Positions 10,164 through 25,668 of a stretch of 64,000 nucleotides of DNA are shown piece by piece (the first letter of the stretch is position 1; each line of letters opens with the position of its first letter). The notes under the pieces were generated by a model that did no database searches, was not told the DNA's origin, and was given only the letters and a program-made list of their open reading frames with translations. A program made the translations under genes and the position numbers. Location: NCBI GenBank assembly GCA_963796275.1, contig CAWCKY010000003.1, forward strand, positions 992,001 to 1,056,000, read 5' to 3'. This DNA comes from an uncultured Acidobacteriota bacterium (GTDB taxonomy: Bacteria > Acidobacteriota > Blastocatellia > RBC074).

Positions 10164-11978
10164 TTATCGCTGATAAACTATCCGACCTCCCACAATCGTA
10201 TAGAGAGTCTTGACCTTCACCTCTCCCCGCTCATCGATCCAATCCTCGGGCTTCGTTTGCAGCAGGCTCCGATCGAGCACCGTGATATCGGCGAGTTTTC
10301 CTTCAGTCAGCGTCCCCTTGATATCTTCCTCGAAACTCGCATAAGCCGAGCCCCAGGTATATGCCTTGATCGCTTCGGCAATCGTCAGCTTTTCGGCGGG
10401 AAACCAGCCTCCGGCAGGTGTGTGCTGCACTGTCTGGCGCGTGACGGCGGCATATAGGCCATAGATCGGATTGATCGGATAGATCGAAGCCGTCGTCCCC
10501 GGCCAGTCGCTGCCGAAACTCAGGGTCGCGCCTTTATCTTGAATAGTTTTGAATGCATAAGCGCCTTTGCAGCGTTGGTGGCCGATGCGTTCTTCCATCC
10601 AACGCATATCATCGCTCAGATGGAACGGCTGCACTTCGGCCACTATGCCCAGGCATTTCAGACGATCGAAATCTCGCGGCGCGATGACCTGGGCGTGAAC
10701 CAATCGGAACCGGCGGTCGCGCGCTCCGTTGGCGCTGTTCATGGCCTCGATCATATCGAGCATGAGTCCATTGGCTTCGTCGCCGATGGCGTGCACGCTG
10801 ATCTGGATGTCGGCAGCGTCAGCCCTTATCATCATCTCTGTGAATGGTCCTCGATTCAGCTCCGTCCTCCGCTCCGGGGACACCCAGGTCAGCGGCCGCC
10901 AGTGTCCGCGATTCTTCTTATCCGGGTCGTTAGCGTAAGGCTCGTAGAACCGGGCGCCCATTGTTCCCATAATGCCGTCAATGTGGCCTTTGACCGCGCC
11001 GAGACGGACCATCTCACTGCCGAAGCCGCGTTTGATCCCGAGAGCGTTCATATGTTCCCAATTTTCGAGCCCGTATCTGAAATTCACGCGGGCTGTCAGG
11101 TGGCCTGAATCAAGCAACTCATTGTAAATCTGCAATTGTTCGTTGTCCGATATATCTTGAAAAGAGGTCACTCCTCCTTCGCGCACCAGACGCAGGGCAT
11201 TCTCCGTCATCTTTGCCCGCTTCGTGCGATCGGGTCTAATTTCACGCCCCAGGAATTTGGCTTCGATGCCGCGAGCGTTCCTGATTCGCATTGTTCCCGT
11301 AATGCGGCCGCCGCCGTCGCGGATGTGTTCGATCTGATCGTCGTTTCGGTCTTCGACTCCGGCGCGCTTCAAAGCCGCGGTATTGGCAAAATACAGCGAG
11401 CTATCGAACTTGTTGATGAAAAGTGGCGTATCTCCCGTGATCGCGTCGATCGACTTGCGGTCAGGGAACCAGGACTCTTTTTTCCCGGAAGATGTACTCG
11501 CCCCCACCTCCCATTGCTCATAAGCCCCCCAGCCGCCGCCGCGTATAGGTTCGCCGGGATGCGTGGCAACATAATTGCGCACGCGCACCACAAAAGCGTC
11601 GTCCGTATGTACGTCCATCAATTGAATGTTCCAGAAAAAACTGGCGGCGCTCGCGAAATGTACGTGGTTATCGTTGAAGCCGGGTAGAACGAAGCCACCC
11701 TTTAGATCGATCGTCAAAGTGCGATCGCTTTTCAAGGCCAGGCAGTCGGTATTACTGCCGATCTTTGTTATTTTCTCTCCGCTTATGGCAATTGCTTCGG
11801 CCGTGGGTTTCGAGGAATCGACCGTCCATATGTATCCATTGTGAAGGATCAAATCGGCGGTCGCTCTCCCCGTCTGATCCGCATTGAACGATGAGTCGCT
11901 TAGTTGCAGGAAGATGAAAAGGATCAGAACGATTGATAGTTGAGCCCAGCTTGACTGGCATTTCATTCTCGGTTTCAT
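10164..11978 (-). CDS. Amidohydrolase 3 family (YtcJ-like), exported
   Basis: PGFNDNHVH, HAIGD, HAQ, FGSDWP, GKLAD. Confidence 0.9.
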   Translation of the reverse strand: MKPRMKCQSSWAQLSIVLILFIFLQLSDSSFNADQTGRATADLILHNGYIWTVDSSKPTAEAIAISGEKITKIGSNTDCLALKSDRTLTIDLKGGFVLPGFNDNHVHFASAASFFWNIQLMDVHTDDAFVVRVRNYVATHPGEPIRGGGWGAYEQWEVGASTSSGKKESWFPDRKSIDAITGDTPLFINKFDSSLYFANTAALKRAGVEDRNDDQIEHIRDGGGRITGTMRIRNARGIEAKFLGREIRPDRTKRAKMTENALRLVREGGVTSFQDISDNEQLQIYNELLDSGHLTARVNFRYGLENWEHMNALGIKRGFGSEMVRLGAVKGHIDGIMGTMGARFYEPYANDPDKKNRGHWRPLTWVSPERRTELNRGPFTEMMIRADAADIQISVHAIGDEANGLMLDMIEAMNSANGARDRRFRLVHAQVIAPRDFDRLKCLGIVAEVQPFHLSDDMRWMEERIGHQRCKGAYAFKTIQDKGATLSFGSDWPGTTASIYPINPIYGLYAAVTRQTVQHTPAGGWFPAEKLTIAEAIKAYTWGSAYASFEEDIKGTLTEGKLADITVLDRSLLQTKPEDWIDERGEVKVKTLYTIVGGRIVYQR

Positions 11979-12034
11979 GTGGATGCTCCTGTGGGTTGAG
12001 TTATGATGAAAACTCTGGTGAAGCTGGCTATATT

Positions 12035-12670
12035 ATGAACGAACTTGAAATCACTGCAACTTTTTTTTCCGGGCAGCAGCTCGATATCCGCTTCGATCGC
12101 GAAGGCTGGAGTCGAGCGCGGCTGCTGACCCTCGATCGCAACTGGCGCGGTGAGGCGGCGCCGTCGCAATTACGTACTATCGCGCGGGCCTTGTGGAATG
12201 CTGATGAGCTTCTCTTCGGCTTCGAATGTCGTTATACCGAGCTCGACGTGGATCAGGAATTCGATATGAATGAAGAGCGCCACGCCCTCTGGGATCGTGA
12301 CGTCTGCGAGGCATTTATTCGCTCCCCGCTGGAACGGCAAGAATGGGTGTACAAAGAGTTCGAAGTGGCGCCGACGGGCCAGTGGTGCGATTTGATTGTC
12401 GACCGCTTGTCGATGACACACGATTGGAAATGGAGAAGCGGCATGCGCACGGCAGGCCGGATAGATGAGAAATTCTGGTGCGCAGTCATGGCGATCCCGT
12501 TTGACGCTTTCGGCCGCCGACCAGAAGAGGGTGAAGTCTGGAAAGCGAATCTCTTCCGCATCAGCCGGTTCGATGGAGAGCGACAATATCTCGCATTTTC
12601 CCCGACCTACACCGAAGAGCCCAACTTTCATGTCCCGGAACGATTCGTCAACCTGCGTTTCGTCGCATAG
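12035..12670 (+). CDS. Carbohydrate-binding family 9-like (DOMON-like) protein
   Basis: LWDRDVCEAFI, YKEFEVAPTG, WKANLFR, NFHVPERF. Confidence 0.75.
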   Translation: MNELEITATFFSGQQLDIRFDREGWSRARLLTLDRNWRGEAAPSQLRTIARALWNADELLFGFECRYTELDVDQEFDMNEERHALWDRDVCEAFIRSPLERQEWVYKEFEVAPTGQWCDLIVDRLSMTHDWKWRSGMRTAGRIDEKFWCAVMAIPFDAFGRRPEEGEVWKANLFRISRFDGERQYLAFSPTYTEEPNFHVPERFVNLRFVA

Positions 12671-12823
12671 TTTTTAACATGGTCTTAAAACTGCGCAGCG
12701 GGGCGGATTACATTCTTGTTGTTTCTCGGCAGATAGCGAACAAAAACGTCAGAGTAAGGGAAGCCAAAACTGGCGAAACAATCGAAAATACAAGACACCT
12801 TTTTCGTGCGTTTCTTAATCGGC

Positions 12824-14399
12824 TTAGGACCGGAACCGTTCACAATCGATCCCGTACTTTTTGACCTTGTAGTTGATTATGCGTTCGCTGACCTGTAGCA
12901 GTTTGGCAACGCGCGCCTGATTGCCGCGCGTCGTCTTGAGCGTATCGATGATCATCTCGCGTTCGAGTGCCGCTACGGCTGATGTGAGTGAAGCTGCCGA
13001 GATGGTCCCCGAGCCTTCCGCCGTCTGTAGCGTCGGTGGCAAGTGATGGCCGTGAATTACCGCGTCGTCGCAGACGACGACTGCGCGCTCAATGCAGTTT
13101 TCAAGTTCGCGGACATTGCCCGGCCAGTGATAACTCATGAGCATATCGATTGCGGGAGTTGAAATGCGTTTTACCGTTTTGCTGTGCTCGCGCGAATACT
13201 TTTCGACGAAATGATCGGCGAGCAGAAGGATATCCGGCTTCCGCTCGCGCAGAGGCGGAACGAAGATCGTGAAAACATTGAGCCGGTAGTACAAATCTTC
13301 GCGGAATGTGCCATCGGCGATCGCTCGTTCCAGATCCTTGTTCGTCGCCGCAATCAGCCGCACGTCGAGGCTCAGAGTCTCTATCCCGCCGACGCGCTCG
13401 AATTCGCGTTCCTGAAGAACGCGCAGCAATTTGGTCTGAGTGGCCAGCGATATCTCCCCGATCTCGTCCAGAAAGATAGTTCCCCCATTCGCCATTTCAA
13501 ACCGACCTTTGCGACGGGCGTGGGCGCCGGTGAAGGCGCCGCGTTCGTGGCCGAATATCTCGGCTTCTATCAGACTATCTGGCAGAGCGGCGCAGTTTAC
13601 CTTGATAAAGGGATTGTTGATGCGCGTAGAGTTGCGATGAATAAGCTCTGCGATGAGTTCTTTGCCAGTTCCCGATTCGCCGCGAATCAGCACCGTCGTT
13701 TTTGTCGGCGCAACCTGTAACGCCTGTTCGAGAACGATCGTCATCGCGTTGCTGGTGCCGACGAGCGAGCCGAAATCGGCCTTGCTCGGAATGGAGACCG
13801 TACGCGCAAGCCCGGAATTCTCAGCCTCTTCCGTCCGCCGCGAGAGGTGATCCAGACGGAGAGCCTGGCCGATCAACGAAGCGATGACTGATAGGAAGTC
13901 AGCGACCAGGTTAATCTCGCTCTCTTCTTGTTGGCGAAGAAGTGAGCCCAGCGCGCCGATCGTACGCCCGCCGGCATTGACCGGGACGCAGATAAATCCT
14001 CGTTCATCGCGCTCGGATGCAATCGCCCCCGTGCGGTTGAGATAAAGCGGCTCATCGCTTACCTGCGGAACGATCACCGGTCGACCCGACATCACAACCC
14101 GCCCAGTTATGCCCTCGCCTAACTGATATCGACCCTGCGCTCGGCCGCGGCCGCTCACGCCCACCGCGACTGCGACGCGAACTTCGCGCGTCGGCTCATC
14201 GAGCAATGAGGAGCATGCACGATTGCAGCTTGTGCCGTTCGTCGAGCAGCATAAAGACGCGCGTGATTGCATCTTCCAGCTTGAGCGCTTGATCCAGCAT
14301 CCGATGCGCCTCTTGCAGCGTCCTTAACCGGGCCGCTTCAAACTCCGAAGAACCGTTTATCTCATCCCGAGGATTCGCTTTCTCTACAACTGAATTCAT
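12824..14399 (-). CDS. NifA-like sigma-54 activator (GAF-AAA+-HTH), frameshifted near 14210
   Basis: GESGTGKE, GAFTGA, FLDEIGE, WPGNVRELEN, Fis-type HTH; N-terminus in another frame, joined by removing one base. Confidence 0.9.
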
Positions 14400-14460
14400 T
14401 GAATTTATATCGGTCTTCTTTTCCTTTACGAAAAGTATGAGTGATAACTTCATAACTTTG

Positions 14461-14475
14461 GCAAGCTTCGTGCCA
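14461..14475 (-). promoter_or_regulatory. Sigma-54 (-24/-12) promoter facing the activator gene
   Basis: Minus strand TGGCAC-GAAGC-TTGC, exact consensus. Confidence 0.75.
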
Positions 14476-14776
14476 TCCGGATCCCGCCTTTCATAACAAT
14501 TGTTTAGCAGGATGAGCCGCGAATCTGAAATTGTGCGTTACTGCAAAAATGTATGCTCTTTGCCGTAAAGATACAAAAATGTGCGAGCTTATTTTATACA
14601 CAGAGTGGCCTCGATCCGATGCAGCAATTTTGTGGTCGCTCATTACCGTTGCTACGATCTTGTTCGTGCGGACCCCTGGCGAGATAGCCCGGTAATTCGC
14701 CGATGTGGTTTAACTGCGACGATATCTCATTTCCTCAAAAACACTTACCGTTCGGATTAGACCTTCTTTGTTTGAT

Positions 14777-14791
14777 CGGCACGTTTTTTGC
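14777..14791 (+). promoter_or_regulatory. Sigma-54 (-24/-12) promoter facing the HEXXH protein gene
   Basis: CGGCAC-GTTTT-TTGC. Confidence 0.7.
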
Positions 14792-14940
14792 CGTGTCTCT
14801 GGCGTGGAGAGGTTAGCCGTGAGCCAAAACTTCACATTTTGAATACAGAAAACTGATAACGATTTAAGCTCGGCTGGGTAGGCTGAAGACCGAGCAGTAG
14901 CTTGATGTTTGTCAATCGTGAAATACGCGATCAGGAGAGG

Positions 14941-15756
14941 ATGAAAATGAAAGGGAAGATAGTACAGGCTTGCTTGCTGGGATGTTTAATTTTATTGGTG
15001 AACTCGCCGGTTATCGCCGAGATGTCGGTCGCTGCCGGCATTTGGTGCAATCGTGAAAGGCTTAATCGAGTTTCTGATGCTCATGAAGCTCAGCTCGTGC
15101 GCAGTCTGCGTAAGATCACCGGGTACGAGCGGCTGCGTTTTGCGGAAGATGGGTCGCTCTCGCTCGGCGATACGACCGGCGTAATCGCGGGTTCATCGAT
15201 CGCAAGGCAGATAATATTTTGTGCGATGGGATCGGGCCGCGCTTACATTATCGAGGACCATTCCGGTTCTCAATCGGTATTCTTCGGTCAGTTGGATGAA
15301 GGCACTGATTTTGAAGACGTCGTATCGAAACGGAAGTTGGATATTTGGCGTCTGCGACTAGATTTCGAAGATTTTATTGATATGGAAGCGCCACCCGCCG
15401 TGCGCGAATCTTTCGATGTCGGATTCACCCTGTTGCACGAATTACTGCACGGGGTCGGATACAAAGATGCTGACTCCCGAGGAGAGATTGGCGAATTGGA
15501 AGGATTGATCAATCAAGCGCGTGGTGAATTGGGACTACCGTTGAGGGATCAGTATTTCGGAGAACCCCTGCAGATCACGCCTGGGATAGCTACCGTCCGG
15601 CTGCGATTCCGCGAGTTTATAGAAAAAGAATCGGCTGCAGGCGGGCATCTGAAACGGCCAATTCTTCGCTATCTCTTCTTTCTCCTACCCGCGGGTTACA
15701 GATCACAGCTACAAAATGGGTTGACCTGGCTCAATTGCGGTGCGAAACGCGAATAA
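14941..15756 (+). CDS. Exported hypothetical protein with HEXXH zincin-like motif
   Basis: AGGAGAGG RBS, signal peptide, LLHELLHG. Confidence 0.7.
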   Translation: MKMKGKIVQACLLGCLILLVNSPVIAEMSVAAGIWCNRERLNRVSDAHEAQLVRSLRKITGYERLRFAEDGSLSLGDTTGVIAGSSIARQIIFCAMGSGRAYIIEDHSGSQSVFFGQLDEGTDFEDVVSKRKLDIWRLRLDFEDFIDMEAPPAVRESFDVGFTLLHELLHGVGYKDADSRGEIGELEGLINQARGELGLPLRDQYFGEPLQITPGIATVRLRFREFIEKESAAGGHLKRPILRYLFFLLPAGYRSQLQNGLTWLNCGAKRE

Positions 15757-15777
15757 GGGTATCGACAATCCCGTCAA

Positions 15778-15860
15778 TAGTTTTCAGTTTTCAGTTTTTA
15801 GTTTTCAGCTGAGCTGTCTCGAGCAGCAACTAAAAACTGAAAACTAAAAACTGAAAACTA
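15778..15860. repeat. Inverted arrays of a 7-bp repeat (AGTTTTY / RAAAACT)
   Basis: tagttttcagttttcagtttttagttttcag ... aactaaaaactgaaaactaaaaactgaaaacta. Confidence 0.85.
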
Positions 15861-16007
15861 AATTGGAGATCGAATCGCCCGCTCAATATTTTTTTGTCTT
15901 ATATTGTTATTTCTTGCCTTTTTAGTTTCACCCCCAGAATTTTCGCAATCCCAACTTTGTGTTAAGCTGCGCGCTACGCTTTCGCTTGCCAAATCTTAAT
16001 GGGAGGT

Positions 16008-17612
<1,605 letters not shown>

Positions 17613-18384
17613 TACTCCGTAAACGAAGTTTTTAGTGGCTACCCCGCCCGATTCATTGTAAACCGGCCTGAATGCTATTCTGAACGCGCCCTGCGGGGCT
17701 TTAATTTGATGAGCGCCCTGATCTCAGTAGACAATATACGAAAAAACTTCGGCGCAGCCACGGCCCTACGCGGCATCAGTTTTGAGATCGAAGTTTCCGA
17801 GCTGACCGCCATAATCGGCCCATCAGGCTGCGGCAAATCGACGTTGCTGCGTTGCCTCAACGGGCTCGAGTTATTCGACAGTGGGCGGGTTAAGATTGGT
17901 GACATCATACTGGACATGAACAACGGCGCACCGCATCGCCATCTCAATACCCAACTTCGACATCTCCGCGAAGAGGTCGGGATGGTATTCCAGGACCTCA
18001 ACCTCTTCCCGCATTTGACAGCACTGGAAAATACCGCTCTCGCAATAATGATAGTTAAAAAAGCCGATCGAAAGACGGCGGAATCGCGAGCCCGCGAGAT
18101 ATTGGAGAAGGTCGGATTGCGCGATCGTCTCGACTATTACCCGTCGCAATTATCCGGCGGCCAGCAGCAGCGCGCGGCCATAGCGCGAGCATTAGCGTTA
18201 TCTCCCAAGGTTATGCTTTATGACGAGCCGACATCCGCGCTCGATCCGAGCCTCGTCGGCGAAGTGTTGAACATAATGAGGAAGCTTGACGATGAAGGAA
18301 TGACGCAGGTCGTAGTTACACACGAGATGCATTTCGCGCGCGGTGTGGCCGATAAGATTCTGGTGCTCGCCGATGGGGAATTGA

Positions 18385-20091
<1,707 letters not shown>

Positions 20092-20203
20092 TGGAAGCGC
20101 AGGTAGCGACAGATCAGAAATAACAAGCTCAGTGCTTTTTTGGCTTCCCTGAGCACAGCCAAATGCAGGTAACCGATAATTCAATAAAGGGAGAGTATAG
20201 TAG

Positions 20204-20977
20204 ATGAATAGACGGGAAGTATTGAAGACGGGTTTAGCCGCAGGAATCGCGAACAAGATCAACATATCAGCTGAAAGTATGCACTATTACGAACTGAGAA
20301 CTTATGAACTGCGCAATGATCTGCAGCCCGCGCGCATCCAGGATTTTTTTCAGAATCACTTCATGCCGGCGATGAAGCGCCAGGGCATCGGGCCGATCGG
20401 CTGCTTCAATGTGATCTCCGGCCTCAACACGCCATCGCTGATCATCGTGATCGATTACAAATCGCTCGCGGATATGCAAACGGCGATGGAGCGCGTTCGT
20501 TCAGACAAGGAATATATGAAAGCCTGGCAAGCCTTCGAAGCAGGAGGCGAATTGCCCTACTCGCGTTATCGTTCCGTTCTACTAAAGGCATTCGAGTCGC
20601 ACCCCAAGATCGAAGTTCCGCCGGCAGAAGAGAAGCGCCCGCCCCGCGTATTCGAGCTTCGAACATATGAATCGAAGAATGCCTTTTCGCTGCAGACCAA
20701 GATCGATATGTTCAATCAGGAAGAGATCAAGATTTTCCGCGATTGCGGTTTCGCAACGGTATTCTTTGGGGAAGCTGTTTTCGGTACGCGGTTGCCGCAT
20801 CTGACTTACCTGGTGGGTTTCGATAATATGGCCGCTCGTGAGAAGGCCTGGGATACTTTCAGAGTCAACCCCGATTGGGCTCGCGTTCGCGTCAAGCCAG
20901 GTTGGACCGATCCGGAAGCTGTTACAAATATTCACGCGGCATTTCTGCGCCCCGTGAGCTATTCTCAAATTCGATAA
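20204..20977 (+). CDS. NIPSNAP-family protein with Tat-like leader
   Basis: MNRREVLK; two YELRTY/FELRTY domains. Confidence 0.85.
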   Translation: MNRREVLKTGLAAGIANKINISAESMHYYELRTYELRNDLQPARIQDFFQNHFMPAMKRQGIGPIGCFNVISGLNTPSLIIVIDYKSLADMQTAMERVRSDKEYMKAWQAFEAGGELPYSRYRSVLLKAFESHPKIEVPPAEEKRPPRVFELRTYESKNAFSLQTKIDMFNQEEIKIFRDCGFATVFFGEAVFGTRLPHLTYLVGFDNMAAREKAWDTFRVNPDWARVRVKPGWTDPEAVTNIHAAFLRPVSYSQIR

Positions 20978-20981
20978 CTCG

Positions 20982-22055
20982 GTGACGGTAGTGAATAGAA
21001 CCAGACTACGCACAAGCCAGCAGACCCGCGCGCAATTGGTTATCGGCGTCGGCTTCGATCATCAAAATATTACAGTCGCGCTGGTGGATGAGCGCGCACG
21101 TTTACTCGCCCGACAGCAGGCCGACACTCCACAACGGACAACTCGGGCGGCTGCTTCAGCCATGACGAAGCTGATCCTCGGTGCTTCTTTGACGAAGGAG
21201 CGTGGGGAGAGTTTGATCACGGCAATCGGAGTATCCGTGCCGGGACAGGTCGATCCGGACTCCGGGCGCGTCTCTATCTCCGGGCTCAAAAACTGGACGC
21301 GAATCGCCCTGGGGAAGATGATCGAAGAGGGGTTGAGCGACTCGGGATACGACATCCGCAACCCGATTAATGAGCGGCGCGCACGCGCACAACCCGGGCG
21401 CTCCTCTCAACCGCAAATTGCCATTCAACCCCGCATCTGCTGCACAGCTGCAGCGGAAGGTTGGGTCGGAGGTGCGAGAGGAAGGGATAATGTCGTTTAT
21501 CTATCCATAGGTGAGGAGATCGAGGCCGGCATCATCGTCGATGGCCGGGTATTGCGGGGAGCGGATGGGCGGGCGGGGTTGGCCGGGTGGATGGGCTTAA
21601 GCGAGCAATTTAAACCGGAGTACGCCGCTCACGGCTGCCTGACAACCGAGGCGACGATCGGTTCGTTAGCCCGGCGCGCAATTGACGAATGGAGTGGAAG
21701 CTCAAGCTCGATGCTGGGGAAGATGATAAAGGCAGATCCGATGCAGCTCGACGCGCCGATCATCATCCGTGCGGCGCGCGGCGGGGATCCGCTTGCGCTC
21801 AAGATCGTCAACGAAACCTGCCGATGGATAGGGCGGGGAATAGCGAATCTGATATCGATTCTCAACCCTGAAGCGGTGGTGATCGGCGGCGAGCTGGGGC
21901 TCTCGCTAAAACCATTTTTTGACGTCGTGCGCGGAGAGGTTGAACGATGGACTCCGCCCAACAATTCCAAAAATTGCCGCATAGTTAGCGCGTCACTGGG
22001 TGATGAAGCCGTGTTGCTGGGAGCGGCGCGGCTGGCCTGGGTTAAATCAGGGTGA
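20982..22055 (+). CDS. ROK-family protein with degenerate motifs
   Basis: IGVSVPGQVD, NPEAVVIGG, LLGAA; ATP and sugar motifs altered. Confidence 0.8.
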   Translation: MTVVNRTRLRTSQQTRAQLVIGVGFDHQNITVALVDERARLLARQQADTPQRTTRAAASAMTKLILGASLTKERGESLITAIGVSVPGQVDPDSGRVSISGLKNWTRIALGKMIEEGLSDSGYDIRNPINERRARAQPGRSSQPQIAIQPRICCTAAAEGWVGGARGRDNVVYLSIGEEIEAGIIVDGRVLRGADGRAGLAGWMGLSEQFKPEYAAHGCLTTEATIGSLARRAIDEWSGSSSSMLGKMIKADPMQLDAPIIIRAARGGDPLALKIVNETCRWIGRGIANLISILNPEAVVIGGELGLSLKPFFDVVRGEVERWTPPNNSKNCRIVSASLGDEAVLLGAARLAWVKSG

Positions 22056-22150
22056 GAGAAAACAGAGCGGCGGCACCGAGTCAATCTCAATCAGTCAAAC
22101 TACAGTTGAGACCGGCTCGCTGCCGCCGCAGACGTTTCTATCAGATAATT

Positions 22151-23278
22151 TTACTGACTGTTACCGGTCGAATCCGGCTGCCGCTTGAGCTCCGGCCTGC
22201 CGGAAGAATCCGCTGGCTTCTCGGTTTGCGCAGGCGGCGTGTCCGTCTTTTCGCTCGCGGGTGTTCCGTCGCCGCGCTTGAGCACCGGGCGATTCTTCTG
22301 TTCCGGTTCGGTTGAATCGCTATCGGAATCCGGACGTCGCTTGAGAGTCGGCCGCCCGCTGTCGTTCGCATCGCCCCCGATGGTTCGTGCGGCGCTGGCT
22401 GCAACCAATCTCGATCTGACTCCGTTAAATTCCGAGCTGCTTATCTGATACGCTTCTCGGGCGGGGAATCGCGTGATTAATTCCTGCACTAACTCAATGC
22501 GATCGCCCGTCAGCGGATGTGTGCTGAATACTTTTAACAGGGTCGATTGTTTATTACCCTTCTCTTTTGACTGTAACTTTTCGAAAAACGAGACCAATGC
22601 GGTCGGGTCGTAACCTGAGGCCCACATATACTGCGCGCCGAGCCGGTCCGCTTCTTTCTCCGCGCCTCTCGAAAACTTGAGGAACGTGAGAGGGACCGCA
22701 ATACTGGCAACCTGCTGAACTATATAACCGCCTATCCCACCAAAGAAGATCAACGGAATTGAACCATATTTCAGCAGTTCGCCCTTTGACGCTTGCTCGA
22801 CCCCATGTCGCGCTGTAACGTGTGCGATCTCGTGCGAGATTACTCCAGCAACTTCGGCTTCATTTTCCGCCGCCTCGAGCAATCCGCGGTTGACGTAGAG
22901 GAATCCGCCCGGTAGTGCAAACGCATTGATATCATTCGAGTCGATTACTTTGATCGTGAATGGAACCTTGGCATCAGAATGAAGAACCAGGTTCTGAGCG
23001 ATGCGGTTGACATATTCGGTGATTACTGGATCGTTGACGAATTTGGACGAGCGATCGACTTCCCTCGACAGTTGTCTTCCCAGAGCAACTTCGCGATCGA
23101 GGCCATAGAAGGCCAGTTGCCCTTTGTTTATGTCTCGTTTGCCGATGAGCTGCGGGTTGTTCTTGTCTTCCAGCGGCTTGATTTTCTGTTGCTTCTGCCC
23201 CAACACCGGCGTTGCAGCAAGCGTTACAGAGACAATAAACGCTATGGAAATTTGAAGAAGTTTGGTTTTCATTTGCAT
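22151..23278 (-). CDS. M48 metallopeptidase, exported
   Basis: NAFALPGG, HEIAH, EKEADRLG, STHP. Confidence 0.92.
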   Translation of the reverse strand: MQMKTKLLQISIAFIVSVTLAATPVLGQKQQKIKPLEDKNNPQLIGKRDINKGQLAFYGLDREVALGRQLSREVDRSSKFVNDPVITEYVNRIAQNLVLHSDAKVPFTIKVIDSNDINAFALPGGFLYVNRGLLEAAENEAEVAGVISHEIAHVTARHGVEQASKGELLKYGSIPLIFFGGIGGYIVQQVASIAVPLTFLKFSRGAEKEADRLGAQYMWASGYDPTALVSFFEKLQSKEKGNKQSTLLKVFSTHPLTGDRIELVQELITRFPAREAYQISSSEFNGVRSRLVAASAARTIGGDANDSGRPTLKRRPDSDSDSTEPEQKNRPVLKRGDGTPASEKTDTPPAQTEKPADSSGRPELKRQPDSTGNSQ

Positions 23279-23611
23279 CCCTCTTGCTAGTTGTATTTCT
23301 TTGGCGGACTAACAGCTTTTCGTATTATATAATAAATGCAGCTTTTACGCCTGTGATAACCTGCACAGCCAGATAAAAAATATGTTAAATAGATTTCATA
23401 CCCCTCAGCCTCTCAAGTGCTTGAGCAGCGCAGCTACCGGGTGTTAGTATCCGCGCGCACACGAGATACTTACGCGATCTAAAGAATAATTGGACTCATC
23501 TCCATTCGATCGCAAACGACTTACATTGGGACAGAAATAAGCGAAATCAAAAGTCAAAACGATAAAATCGAAATTCAAAAGGCCGGCACATTTTCTGTAA
23601 TATTCCGGAAT

Positions 23612-25063
<1,452 letters not shown>

Positions 25064-25189
25064 CGGAAGCCGTAGACGGTGAGACAGAGGGCGAGGCGAT
25101 AAGTGGATAGAGGACGAAGAGATTCCTTTCTGCCGTGGATTTTTTCTCTCGCCTCAGCACCAATATTCCCGGCGCCTCTTCATCAATCC

Positions 25190-25501
25190 TCATAAATCTT
25201 CCATTGCCATTTCAAACTCCTGCGCCATTCCCGGGTGGTTATGGCGATTGGCTGCGGCGATGCCTTGCTGGTAAGCGGCGCGCGCCTCATCGATCAGGCC
25301 CTGCCTCTCGAGAGACTGCGCCAGTTTGCCGTAAGCCGCACCCTGATCATCGGCATCGTTCAGGTAGGCGCGCAGCTCGACGGCCGCTTCTTCAAACCTT
25401 TCAAGCTTGAACAACTCATTGGCCAGACCGAAACGGACGACGGTGTTTTTCGGATCGTCGTTCAGCATTTTTTTGAACAACTCAATACGACCTTCTGCCA
25501 T
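25190..25501 (-). CDS. Small TPR protein
   Basis: DPKNTVVRFGLANE, AAYGKLAQSLE...AYQQGI. Confidence 0.85.
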   Translation of the reverse strand: MAEGRIELFKKMLNDDPKNTVVRFGLANELFKLERFEEAAVELRAYLNDADDQGAAYGKLAQSLERQGLIDEARAAYQQGIAAANRHNHPGMAQEFEMAMEDL

Positions 25502-25668
25502 TTGCTTTTCTCCACAATATCAGTCTTTCTTTACAGTCGGTCCAGATAATAGGCGTCTACAAGGCGGCGGTCAATCGAGGGTTGTTAACGATGACTGACA
25601 ATCGATGATTGATTGACTTATACTTATACCCTCACTCGATAAGCGGTTTCATATTGAGAGGGTATACT

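Noticed and set aside
14196-14272. Selenocysteine readthrough or programmed frameshift in the sigma-54 activator
   Set aside because: Continuation needs a frame change, not readthrough; no slippery heptamer; similar indels occur in three other genes
12824-14399. True nifA / nitrogen fixation locus
   Set aside because: No nif genes in the window; GAF-AAA+-HTH architecture is generic
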